Source: Mobula hypostoma (taxonomy: Eukaryota). From it: a stretch of DNA of 62,000 bases. The first letter of the stretch is position 1, and each line of letters begins with the position of its first letter. The stretch is taken from the NCBI RefSeq assembly GCF_963921235.1, contig NC_086109.1:1240001-1302000 (forward strand). The letters are read 5' to 3'. The translations under genes were made by a program, and so were the position numbers. Below, piece after piece: positions 48,420 to 60,620 of the stretch. Below the pieces are notes generated by a model, which did no database searches, was not told the origin of the DNA, and saw only the letters and a program-made list of their open reading frames with translations.

Positions 48420-51400
48420 TATGATGGGGTCCTGGATTACCCCTATGAACTGCTTTCGAAAAGAGGGAGGGAGAGGTATTTAACACTGACATGTTGTTTT
48501 GGAAAAAGAGAGAGAGAGACGAAAACTAACTTTTGGACTGTCACTTTAAGACACTGGGAGTAACTTTTGGATTTCTGTTGAGTTTGGAGCTCGTAAGTTG
48601 CTATGGTGACCGAGGGCAGTGTTATTTGATGGACAATCAATGTTATGATTTTTCGGCAGCGTGTTTATACTTCCAAGGACATTTGCCTGCTTGTACATTT
48701 CTTACACAGACAAAGGAAGGAGGAGTTATTTGAATGACAGTTCGTACTCAGTATGGTGAGATAAATAGGAGGTCAGATGATATAGACCTCAGACACATGT
48801 TTTGGACACTGAATGAGCATTGTTATGCCCACAGAAAGAGTGGGTTTTTGGAGGATCGATCAGTGGCTCTTGCAGTGAGAAAAGGGATTGACTGGTGGGG
48901 AGCTGTCCATGTGTCCACCCTTGCCTGGGTTGATAGCTCCACCACAAAAATGGTCCCCTTTGTTGTGATCAGAGTCAGTGACTTTTAAAGGATTTTGGAG
49001 GACAACGAGAAGATCGACTGCGTCAGCTCACCTGAAGACTCAAATCTCTCCCCCTCTTTCTCTCTATCACTACTCAACTCAACACCAAGAACTGAACTGA
49101 ACTTTACTCATCATCGTAAGACTATCTATTTATCCCTAGACTTGAAGAAGCTTGGTTTTTCATATATTTTTCCACACTTACTTGTATATATAATTATTGC
49201 TAACCTGTTTGATGTATCTACATTTATATTACTGTATTGTGTAGTTACTAATAAATATTATTAGTTTATAGCAATATTGGACTCCAAAGTGTTTTCTATC
49301 TCTGCTGGTTCTTTAACCCATCATGGGGTACGTGATAAAATTGGGGCCTGTGTCCGTGATATGAACAAATTGTGGGAGACTGGTTTGAATTGATTGGGGG
49401 AAAATCCCTTTTGATTTGGTTGTGTGGAAATACAGCAGAAATGGATGTTAGTGTTGAGGAGGTTATGTTGGAACCAGTTCCGGAAGCGTTGGATGATGCT
49501 ACGAGGGTTGTGCTGTTGGGAATTGATCAAAAGTTAGACTAGAGGTGACACTATAATGAGGAGAGCCCAGATACAGACGATAACACCCCAGCATTTTATA
49601 GATAAGGGAACATTTGATGAGGAGGCGTTAGAGTTGTTTGCTGAAGGTAAGGTACATGCTGAGGTTCAGTGGAAATTGAAATTGCAATTAAAACAGCTCG
49701 AGGCTGATGAAGCAGAAGAGCGGAGGATCCGTGAGGCTAGAGAAGCAGAAAGACAGAGACAGTTTAAAGGGAACATGTGGTAACTGAGAGGTTTAGTGTC
49801 GGACCCTGATGATTTTTACAGCTCGGAAGGGTTTGTTTTGTGTGATGAATTTAAAAGTTGTGCTCCTGATGATGTAAGGGCATACCTGGATACAGAGGAT
49901 GCCGCCACCCTGTTAAGGAAGCAGATGAAGAGGTTTTAGCCCACAAGGTTGAGTTTACTCTAGATGAAAGTTACCTAGAGAATAGCTGGGAGGTTCGGGG
50001 TGAGCTTAAATTTGAAACTGGGACAAGTGATGACAGCCCAGAAGAGGCAGCTGTCCCAGTTGCCTGTGTTCAGGTTGTTGAAGTACCTGTGAATTCACAG
50101 GGTTCTGAACCTTGTGTTGAAGCTCAGTTAAAGTCTGAGGTGTCTGACTTAGTAGAAAAGGAATGCAGTTTTTTGTGTCAGATGATCTTGGTTCAGTGAA
50201 TAAGGGGTTAACTTTGACACCAGTGGAATGTGAGGATTCTCAGTGACTTGTATTAGACAGTGTTTTAAAAGTTAGTGATGAGGTGAAAATTGGTGAGGTG
50301 AGTGTTACTGAGAATAATGGGAAAAGTGCTGTCCCTGGACTTTTGGATAAAGTGCTGGAAAAGGTTTGATTGGTTGCACGACCTTTGACCCTGCTTGCAG
50401 GATGAAGGCCTGCTGAGAAAGGATGTGCTACTCTGTTGAATTTTGTTTGGACATTTGGAGGTACACACCTGCAAGGTTATGCTGTTGTGAAGAAGGAGAT
50501 TTATTATGGTTTTGGGGTGGAAGTTGTTATGGATCAAGTCAAAGTGAAGGTCGCAATCAGATGGAGGGATTGTTTGGTCTCTTCCACAATGTATACATGG
50601 TTCTCATAAGCCTGGTGATGGTGCTAAGTTTAGTAAACAATGGAGGAATGTTGACACCTCTCCAAGATGAGGTTGATATAGCTGTTCAATTGATGAGCAA
50701 AGTCGCTGCTGAGAATTCACACAGAAAGACTGATGTTTATTCCACATGCACAGATAATCAAAGTATGGTTAGGCAGCCTGTTAGGGCCTATGAAGGGAAA
50801 ACCAGAGGTTTAAATTATGATGTGTCACAGACTTTTCTACCTTCCAGATTTTTGCAGGACTTAGAGGGTAGTAATGCTGATGAGAGTAAGGTGTATAGGG
50901 AAAGTTTGTCGTTATTGAATAAGGAATTTATAGAGGAACAGAAGCGAGATTCTGAAATGGTGGCTTTAAAGGAGATAGCTCTCACAGGAGAGGAGGTTCA
51001 GAGAGAGTCAATGGGATATTACCTTTAAAATGGGGTGTTAATGAGGAAGTGGCGACCAGCCACTGTGCTTGCAAGTGTGGATTGGGTTATTGAACATTAC
51101 ATGGTGGTTCCAAAAGTTTACAGGGCTGAAATTTTAAACATGGCTCACAGTATGCCTTTAGGTTGACATTATGGAGCGAGGAAGACAGTGAACAGGATTA
51201 TGAAGGAATTTTACTGGCCTAGTTTAGGAAAGGATGAAGTGAATTTTTACAGGACTTGCCATACCTGTCAAGTTGAGGGGAAATCTAATCAGGTTCTTCA
51301 GGTAACACATCTTAAACCGATACCTGCTTTTGGTGAACCTTTTTCTACAGTCCTAGCGGATTGTGTAGGCCCATTACCAAAGACTGCAGCTGGTTATCAG

Positions 51401-54123
51401 TATGTGTTAACAATTGTGTGTGCTGAGTCTAGTTCCCTGAAGCCATGTCTTTTGAAAACCTTAGGGTCAAGTCTGTGGTGAAGTCATTCAGTAAGTTTGT
51501 CACACTGGTATGTCTGCCCAAAGAAATTCAATTTGTTCAGGGCAGTAACTTTACTTTGAGAACATTCCAGGGGATAGATAGAGAATTGGAAGCTAAGCAC
51601 ATGGTGTCATCTGCATATCACACAGAGTCCAAGGGAGCCTTGGAATGGTTCAACTCCACTCTAAAGACCATGATTAAAACGTGTGGTGTGAAAAATTGGG
51701 CTGAGGGGGTTCCACTCCTCTTATTTATTGTTGGAGATTCGATTCAAAAGCCATTGGAGGGTAGTTTGTTGGAACCTGTATTCAGTTACAGGCCAAAAGG
51801 ACGTTTGACCCTACTCGGAGGACTATGGTCTGATATGGAAACATGTGTCAGTGTGCTTAATTATGTTTTAGAACTCTGGAAAGGATTTAATAAGATTTGT
51901 GACCTTGCAAAGGAAAGTTTACAGAATGGTTGAATTAAAATAAAACACATGTTCATTAGAATGGCACCTGGGAGAATTGTGCTGGAACAAAATGGAGTCG
52001 TGGAATCTGATAATGGGATGAAAAAACATGTTTACCCACTGAATCTAGTCTCACCAAGATGTCAGAATTCCATTGTTTTGAAAAATATTACTGATAAGGT
52101 CCATCAGTTAGTCCCTACACCGCAAAAAACAAGTGAAAGAACAAATTGGCAAGCATGGAGATTTATTTTCCGACATTTTGAAATGGTGTGCAGGTGCAGT
52201 GCATCAGGTCATTATAAATTCAGCCCAGCCTATGAAACAGCATCTTCACAGAGTGAACTTTGAGAAAAGTAAATTGGTTGAAGAAGAAATTAGAAACAAG
52301 GGAGAACCAGGAAAGAGAATGGATGACTGTATTGATAAAGTGGGGTAGGCTAAATACCCTATAAAGATTGAGTTGTTAAAAGGATACTGGGGTATTCCTT
52401 CAACAGAGAGGGCTAAAGAGATATCAGCATTTGTGATACTGTCTAGACCGTATGAATAAAATGTTTTACACTTCGGGATGAAAACTGCTCCAGGGACATT
52501 TCAAAGAATGATCAATTCTGTGATTAGAGGTTGAGAAAACACAGGGGCTTGTAACGATGATTTAGTGGTCTGGAATGACACGTGGGAAGAGCATATTGCA
52601 GTGGTAGAAAAACCGTTTGACAGACTTTCCAAGGCCAATCTTACTGTGAACCTCACTAAAAGTGCATTTGGCCACGCCACAGTTATTTACCTTGGCCATG
52701 TGGCAGGCCAGGGCCAACCGGCTCCCATACAGGCCAAGGTTCAAACTATTGCTGAGGTTCCTGTTCCGACCGGCAAGAAAGCTTTGAGAAGGTTTTTGGG
52801 AATGGTTGGGTATTATCATAAAGTTTGTAGGAACTTGGCTGACATCGCTCTCCCCCTAACAAAACTCCTGGGGAAATGTGAAAGATTTGTATGGAATGAC
52901 CTTTGCCAGGAGGCATTTGAACATCTGGAAACCATCCTGTGTTATCATCCTGTGCTCAAAGCACCTGATTTTTCAAAGCCATTTTCTATAACAACAGGCG
53001 ATAGTGACGAAGCTGCTGGGGCGGTATTGTTACAGAAGGGTGTGAATGACATTGAACATCCAGTAACTTATTTCTCAAAGAACTTTAATGTACACCAGAA
53101 AAATTTTTCAACTGTTGAAAAGGAATTATTAGCACTTATTCTGGCCTTACAACATTTTGAGGTCTATGTTCAGAGACCTCAAACTCTTTCTGTTGCCCAG
53201 AGACCACTTGTGGTTTACACTGATCATAATCTGTCGGTGTTTCTAACTAAGATGAAGGATAAGAATAGAAGCTTGTTAATAGGAGTCTGATCTTGCAAGA
53301 ATGTGACTTAAAAATCAAATGTGAAAGATATTGACAATATTATAGCTGACTGTTTATCCTGATGTTAAGTTGGAAATTGTACACATTTTGCTCTGTCATC
53401 TGATGATCATACATGTATTGTTTCGAACTCTGTAATTTACATTTAGACAAAAAAAAATTTCGCATTCATCAAAACAACTTTTTTTTCTCTGAAGGAAGCG
53501 GGTGTGATGGGGTCCTGGATTACCCTTGGAACTGTGTTTTTGAAAAGAGAGAGAGAAGTATTTAACACCAACATGTTGTTTTGGAAAGAGAGAAAGATTA
53601 ACTTTTGGACTGTCACTTTAAGACACTGGGAGTAACTTTTGGATTTCTGCTGAGTTTGGAGCTTGTAAGTTGCTATGGTGACCGAGGGCAGTGTTATTTG
53701 ATGACAATCAATGTTATGATTTTTCGGCAGCGTGTTTATACTTCCAAGGACATTTGCCTGCTTGTACATTTCTTACACAGACAAAGGAAGGAGGAGTAAT
53801 TTGAATGACAGTTGGTATCCAGTACAGTGAGATAAATGGGAGGTCAGATGATACAGACCTCAGGCATATGTTTTGGACACTGAATGAGCTTTGTTGTCCC
53901 CACAGAAAGAGTGGGTTTTAGGAGGATCGATCAGTGGCGCTTGCAGTGAGAAAAGGGATTGACTGGTGGGGAGTTGTCCATGTGTCCACCCTTGCCTGGG
54001 TTGATAGCTCCACCACAGAAAAACGGTCCCCTTTGTTGTGATCACAGTTGGTGACTTTTAAAGGATTTTGGAGGACAACGAGAAGATTGACGGTATCAGC
54101 TCACCTAAAGACTCAAATCTCTC
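48420..54123 (+). mobile_element. Gmr1-type Gypsy LTR retrotransposon (INT upstream of RT-RH), decayed, nested
   Basis: 5' LTR 48420-49337 then aaattggggcc PBS-like; integrase FYWP..CHTCQ, DCVGPLP, SSAYH (51100-51900) precedes RT FGMKTAPGTFQR and RNaseH FSTVEKELLA (52400-53300); PPT gaaggaagcggg, 3' LTR 53503-54123 truncated. Confidence 0.92.
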
Positions 54124-55334
54124 AAATGGGAAGAATGGCCCCACTACAACACTTATGAGTGGACAGAGCTGGGAACATAAACACGGTTAGTAGAGCATTG
54201 ACTAGGGGCTGCCTCGCTCTGTCGAGCAGCTTGCACCATTCTCACCGTACCTGATCGTTTCTCCAAGTCTGTACACTTCATTCCTTCACCTAAACTCCCC
54301 TCTGTCAAAGAAACAGCCCAATTACTAGTACTGTGTGTTTTAAAATTAAAATTACATAGTTTACGTGTTGATGTTGTGTCAGACAGGGGCTGTCAATTCA
54401 CATCCTGGAGGGCATTCTGTAATCTTCTGGGTGCCTCTGAATCTGTCTTCAGGATTCTACCCACAGAACAATGGCTAGACCGAGTGGGCCAACCAACAGT
54501 TGAAGACTATTGTGGTGTCTGGACTCGCAGAACCCCTTCGTGTGGAGTCAGCAGCTACCCTGGGCCAAGTACGCCATAAACTCTCATCCGTCCTCATCCA
54601 CTGGTCTGTCCCCCTTCGAGTGCTGCCTTGGCTACCAACCTCCACTGTTTCCTGCCCAGGAGGAGGAGGTTGGCGTTCCATCTGCCAAGGCATTCATCCG
54701 CTGTTGTCTGTGGACATGGAGGCACACTTGCTCTGCCCTTCTCCGTGCCCCTGCCAGGATCAAGCGTCAAGCTGACCGCCATCGCTGCAAGACCCCACGT
54801 TACCATGAGGGACAGTGTGTGTGGCTTTCAACCCGAGACCTGCCCCTCCAGGTGGATTCCTGCAAGCTCACCCCCTGCTTCATCGGCCCCTTTCCCACTG
54901 CTGAAGTCATCAGCCCTGGTGCCACCCATCTCAAATTCCCCTCCACTCTCCACTGCATTCATCCCACCTTCCATGTGTCCTGCATCAAGCCTTTCATGAG
55001 CCACCCCCTGTGTCCCGTCTCCAAACCACCCGCCATGGTTCATCGATGGGTCAGAGGCCTTCATGATGCGTTGACTGCTGGACGTTCATCGCCATGGTCT
55101 CCAGTACCTTGTGGACTGGAAGGGCTACGGTCCTGAGGAGAGGTGCTGGGTTCCCGCTCATAACATCCTGGACTCCTCCCTCGTCAGGGTCTTTCATCGC
55201 CAGCACCCAGCTCTACTTGCTGTGATACCAGGAGGCATCCGTGGCGGGGGCAGGGGGTGTTATTGACAGTACCTCCAGCTGAACTCTGTATTTTTGTGTG
55301 TTTTCCCCTGGCTGTCAGTCTGCTCCTGTCCCCA

Positions 55335-55885
55335 CCCCTGCTTCCCACTCCAATTCAGATATGTCCATGCATGGCCTCCTCTACTGCCATGATGAGGCTA
55401 AACTCAGGTTGGAGGAGCAACACCTCATATACCATCTAGGTAGTCTCCAGCCCCTTGCTATGAACATAGAATTCTCCAACTTCCGGTAATTCCCTCCCCC
55501 TCCCTTCCCTAATCCCTATTTCACTCTGCACCCTCCCCCAGCTGCCTATCACCTCCCTCATGGTTCTGCCTTCTTCTACTACCCATTGTGTTTCCCCCTA
55601 TTCCTTCTTCACCTTTCCTGCCTGTCACCTCCCTGCCTCCCCTCCCCCACCCCTTTATCTTTCCCCTTACTGGTTTTTCACCTGGAACCTACCAGCCTTC
55701 TCCTTCCCACCCTCCCCCACCTTCTTTATAGGGCCTCTGCCCCTTCCCTCTTCAGTCCTGACGAAGGGTTCCGGCCTGAAACGTTGACTGATCGTTTCCA
55801 CGGATGCTGCCTGACCTGCTGAGTTCCTCCAGCGTGTTGTGAGTGTTGCTTTGACCCCAGCATCTGCAGATTATTTTGTGTTTAC
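55335..55885 (+). mobile_element. Penelope-like element 3' fragment, same subfamily as 16353-17175
   Basis: KLRLEEQHLIYHLGSLQP..NIEFSNFR* followed by C/T-rich pLTR. Confidence 0.9.
55752..55791 (+). ncRNA. Minimal type I hammerhead ribozyme (Penelope pLTR)
   Basis: tcagtc CTGACGA agggttccggcct GAAA c GTT gactga: 6-bp stem I, intact core, GUU triplet ending 55785. Confidence 0.85.
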
Positions 55886-56104
55886 AACTCATAACTACTT
55901 CACCGCTGACTTGGCCCTTTGGTTCCCAAACTCTGCGATTCTAGTCCGAATGTCCCAGAAATGCAGCAGCAAACCTTTCTGCAAAGGTATTGTCCCGCTC
56001 CAGTTCAGGTGCAAACCATCCATTTGACCAGGTCCCACCGGCTCTGTCCTCTGACTATCTTCTCTGTACTCTGTCCGTATCTGCTTCACCGTGCGAGATT
56101 GGCA

Positions 56105-57298
56105 CCCCCTCCGGCCCCTACACCCCTCCCTGTCTCTGTAACCCACTCTGGCCCCCATACCCCTCCCTGTCTCTGTAACCCCTTCTGGCCCCTTCACCCC
56201 TCCCTGTCTCTGTAACCCACTCTGGCCCCCATACCCCTCCCTGTCTCTGTAACCCCCACCGGCCCCTACAACCCTCCCTGTCTCTGTAACCCACTCTGAT
56301 CTCTACACCCCTCCCTGTCTCTGTAACCCCCTCCAGTCCCTGCACCCCTCCCTGTCTCTGTAACCCCCTCCAGTCCCTGCACCCCTCCCTGTCTCTGTAA
56401 CCCCTTCCGGCCCCTACACCCCTCCCTGTCTCTGTAATCCCCTCTGACCCCTACACCCCTCCCTGTCTCTGTAACCCCCTCTGACCCCTACACCCCTCCC
56501 TGTCTCTGTAACCCCCTCTGATCCCTACACCCCTCAAAGTCTCTGTAATCCCCTCTGACCCCTACACCCCTCCCTGTCTCTGCAACCCCCTCTGACCCCT
56601 ACACCCCTCCCTGTCTCTGTAACCCCCTCTGATCCCTACACCCCTCCCTGTCTCTGTAACCCCTCCAGTCCCTGCACCCCTCCCTGTCTCTGTAACCCCC
56701 TATGGCCCCTACACCCCTCCCTGTCTCTGTAACCCCCTCTGGCCCCTACACCCTTCCCTGTCTCTGTAACCCCCTCCATCCCCTACACCCCTCCCTGTCT
56801 CTGTAACCCCTTCCGGCCCCTACACCCCTCCCTGTCTCTGTAACTCCTTCCAGCCCCTACACCCCTCCCTGTCTCTGTAATCCCCTCTGACCCCTACACT
56901 CCTCCCTGTCTCTGTAACCCCCTCTGGCCCCTACACCCTTCCCTGTCTCTGTAACCCCCTCCATCCCCTACACCCCTCCCTGTCTCTGTAACCCCTTCCG
57001 GCCCCTACACCCCTCCCTGTCTCTGTAACTCCTTCCAGCCCCTACACCCCTCCCTGTCTCTGTAATCCCCTCTGACCCCTACACTCCTCCCTGTCTCTGT
57101 AACCCCCTGCGGTCCCTACACCCCTCCCTGTCTCTGTAACCCCCTCCGGCCCCTACACCCCTCCCTGTCTCTGTAACCCCCTCTGACCTCTACACCCCTC
57201 CCTGTCTCTGTAACACCCTCTGACCCCTACACCCCTCCCTGTCTCTGCAACCCCCTCCAGTCCCTACACTCCTCCCTATCTCTGTAATCCCCTCCAGC
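56105..57298. repeat. Minisatellite, 37 bp unit, ~32 copies
   Basis: cccctacacccctccctgtctctgtaaccccctctga (tgtctctgta recurs at 56131, 56168, ...). Confidence 0.97.
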
Positions 57299-57399
57299 TC
57301 CACATTTGTCCAACAACACAATAGTTTGAGACAAGGCCGATTTCGAATTTTTATTATAAAACTGACAGACTCGGTCAGTAAATATCAAGCAATTGATTG

Positions 57400-57545
57400 A
57401 GCTGGAAATCTGAAGCTAAGGCAGGAAACACTGGAAGCCCGAGGCTCGTCAGTCAGCGTGTGCGAAGAGATTCAGTCGAAGGGTGTGGAACCTGAAACGT
57501 TAATACTTTGTCTCTCTCCACAGATGCTGCCTGAGACGCTTGATG
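57400..57545. mobile_element. Highly decayed Penelope pLTR relic
   Basis: gaagggtgtggaacctgaaacgttaa...ccacagatgctgcctga. Confidence 0.55.
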
Positions 57546-57637
57546 TGTGACAGTGCACAGCTGAGTAACGTGCCCACATTAATGTCAAACACTCTGTCAA
57601 TAGGCTCTCAGACTGGGAGTGGCAACTGTGGTGCAGA

Positions 57638-57800
57638 GGGCAGCACGGACGTGTAGCAGGGAGTGTAACAGTTTACAATGCCGGGATTCACATCCGCCAC
57701 TCCCTTAATGTTCTCGTGTGTGTTTCCTCCCACACCCAAAGACAAACAGCTTAGGGGTTTCATGCTGTCGAAAAGCAGCATGGCGATACTTGCGGGCTGC
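57638..57800 (+). mobile_element. V-SINE/HE1-like SINE, decayed
   Basis: ggcagcacgg head; tttcctcccacacccaaagac core. Confidence 0.55.
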
Positions 57801-57914
57801 CCCCAGCACATCCTCAGGCAGTGTTAGTCATTGACGCAAATTATGAATGTCACTGTATCACTTGATGTTTTCAAGTACTGTACAAAGTTCAAAGCATATT
57901 TCCTATCAAAGTAC

Positions 57915-58513
57915 GTGAAATCCCCAGTTTCCTTGGCTGTGTAAGGCTGGGGAAGACAAACCTGGGAGATTGGGACGGCTCGCTCCCACCCCAAAACCCC
58001 CCGTTTGGGTGGATGCTGTGTCCTTTGCTATCCTGTTATAAATTAGTGCCATGAAATAATAGACAGCACACAGCATGAGATTAAAGGAATTATATTTATG
58101 AATCTTAACTCGAGGGTTAGGAAAGAAAAGGGCCCATTTTAATTAAACAGTCCAACGTGCACAAGTTAGAGGTCAACATTTCACTGATATTCATCGATCC
58201 TCCATCAATTTTGGCACCTGGCTTCGACAAATCATGGTCCTGCACCCAGTCAAACCCTACGACCTCTTCTCTCCAGCATCTGCTCTCTTCACCTCCTGCC
58301 AAACAACAGCCCCAAGCCCAACCTTAATGCCCCTCACCAAAAAACCCTCCCCCCATCCAGTTCCCCTATCCTAATTGGACAGCACACAATCCTCATCGTC
58401 CCTTATCTTCAACAATAACCCAAACAGGCTGAAAGCAGAACAAACTGTCCTTACAGAGCGGCTAAATGAAATACCTGCAGCATCACAGTAAAGACATGAA
58501 CCAGAGCATTATA
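57915..58513. mobile_element. Probable old solo LTR inside a minus-strand LINE 3' tail
   Basis: ~600 bp insert with imperfect terminal inverted ends (tgaaatcccc..gg / ccagagcattata); LINE-tail-like sequence on both sides; no clean TSD. Confidence 0.45.
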
Positions 58514-59891
58514 AACATATGTATACTGTATACAACCTTCAGATTTGTCTGCCAGTAGGCAGCCGTGAAACAAAGAAACCCACTTAAAAAACCCACAAAA
58601 CAAAGACCATCAAAAACCCAATTTGTTTAAAAAAAAGAAATCATGCAAACGGTGAAAAAATAAGCAAATAATACACAGAATATAACAGCTGTGTCCCTGA
58701 GAGTGAGTCCACAGTCGCTTCAGCTTGGAGGTGAGTGCCAATGATTGCAGGACACAGCTACAAAGTAAAAAAAAAAGTAATCTTTAACTATTGAGTGAAA
58801 CTTTAATTGGTTTCTGTATGCCAAAGTGTGTAAAATATCAACAATCTGAAACTCAGCCCCACAGTCCAGGAAGAGGAGTCCCAGGACCCTTCACCACGTC
58901 CGAAACCCGGCTGGTATCTCCCTGGATTTTCCATGAGTTCCTCTCTCATCTCCAATCTCTGGAAATTTCCTCTGGGAAGTAAAATGGTGTGGGAGAGTAA
59001 CGCGGGCTGTGGGGGAGTAACGCGGGCTGTGGGGGAGTGATGTGGGGAAGTTTCAGGAAGAGAGGAAGGAAGGGAGGGGAAGAAAAGGAGTTGAGTGATG
59101 AGGAGGTAGAGAATGAGGGGGAGGAAGAGGGGACGAGGAGAAGGGGTTAATGAGGCAGACAAGTGAAGAAAGGGAGGAGGGACAGACAGTGAAGAGGGGA
59201 ATGGGAGAAGGTGGAATTGTGGGAAAGGAAAGGGGAAGAGGGGAGGAAAATGAGGGGGTGGAGGATGATGGGGAGAAAGATGATGGATGAGAACAGAGGA
59301 GACTGGGGCAGGAAGTCAATGGGGAGGAGGATGAAGGAGCAGGAGGGGAGGAATGGGGGAGAAGGGGTAGGAAGAGGAGGTGGTGGAATGGAGGAAGAGG
59401 AGAGGTAGTGGAATGGATGATGAAGAAAACTGGGGGCATAGGGGAGGAGGAGAGAGGCTGTAGGAGGAGTTTAGGGGAGGGTGGATGAGTGCAGATGTAG
59501 CAGGAGAAGGAGTGTAGGTGCAGGAGGGGGAATTGCAGAATTGGGGTGTCAGAATGTATGGCGAGGAAGAGGAGGTGAGAGGGAGGGAGGGAGGAGTGAA
59601 TGGAGGCCAGATTCTGTGGGATACAGTGGATCAAAAATCTGGGAATGGGAATGTCAAAACTCACAGCATTTCCAGTGGGAAAGAAAACCACTCCCGAATC
59701 CCTCCTTCTACAGCTGGGATGTGTCCCATTTCCCATTTCCCATTCCCCACTAACTGGGTCTGTGGAGAGGTCCTCGTTGTTTCAATAGAGGGGAGTGGAG
59801 TGGTTCTCTGAGCTGGATTGTCCCTCATGGGATTGCTGGTCCTCTCCCAATCTACCTGCTCACCCCTCTGTCATCGCCAATGTTGTTCTAA

Positions 59892-59939
59892 GTCATAGTC
59901 ATAGTCATAGTCATACTTTATTGATCGCGGGGGAAATTG
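59892..59939 (-). mobile_element. 48-bp tail-only Rex1/Babar insertion
   Basis: caatttcccccgcgatcaataaag(tatgac)n matches the 37575-37643 tail; TSD gttctaa at 59885-59891 and 59940-59946. Confidence 0.88.
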
Positions 59940-60109
59940 GTTCTAATTGCCTGAATGTTAAAGGCTGAGGTTCCTGTGGGACACGGAGTGTTACTGATCA
60001 GAGTTTGTCAGTCACACCACACCTGCCCGCTCCAACAAACATTTCTCAATGACAGAAAGGCAGACTTTCTCCCAAGTTTTCATTCCTCCCTCCCTTTTTC
60101 CCCAATCAC

Positions 60110-60620
60110 TCCCCAGATCCCTCCCATCCCCCTGTCTGTCCCCCCTTTCCCCACACCCCATCCCCTGTCTGTCCCGCCTTTCCCCACTCCCCCATCCCCT
60201 GTCTCTCCCCCCTTTCCCCACTCCCCCATCCCCTGTCTGTCCCCCTTTCCCTGCTCCCCCATACTGTCTGTCCCCGATCCCCCACCCCCTGTCTGTCCCC
60301 CCTTTCCCCGCTCCCCCACCCCCTGTCTCTCCCCCTTTCTCGCTCCCCATCCCCTGTCTCTCCCCCTTTCTCGCTCCCCCATCCCGTCTGTCCCCCCTTT
60401 CCCTGCTCCCCCACCCCCTGTCTGTCCCCCCTTTCCCTGCTCCCCCATCCCCTGTCTGTCCCCCTTTCCCCACTCCCCCATCCCCTGTCTGTCCCCTTTC
60501 CTCGCTCCCCATCCCCATCTGTCCCCCCTTTCCCCACTCCCCATCCCCTGTCTGTCCCCCCCTTTCCCCACTCCCCCATCCCCTGTGTCCCCCATTTCCC
60601 CACTCCCCCATCATTTTAAC
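60110..60620. repeat. C-rich diverged tandem repeat, ~30 bp unit
   Basis: ccccatcccctgtctgtccccctttccc(c/t)(a/g)ct. Confidence 0.9.

Larger units (their letters stand above)
46589..55335 (+). mobile_element. Gypsy LTR retrotransposon, sushi/chromovirus type, decayed (outer element)
   Basis: 5' LTR tgtcag..ctgaca 46589-47065; Gag (MDP.., EPHLPPPENYSG), protease LVDSGA, RT start [21 protein letters not shown], integrase DRFSK/VSDRG, chromodomain [18 protein letters not shown]-rich PPT, then 3' LTR start at 55264 (truncated). Confidence 0.93.
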
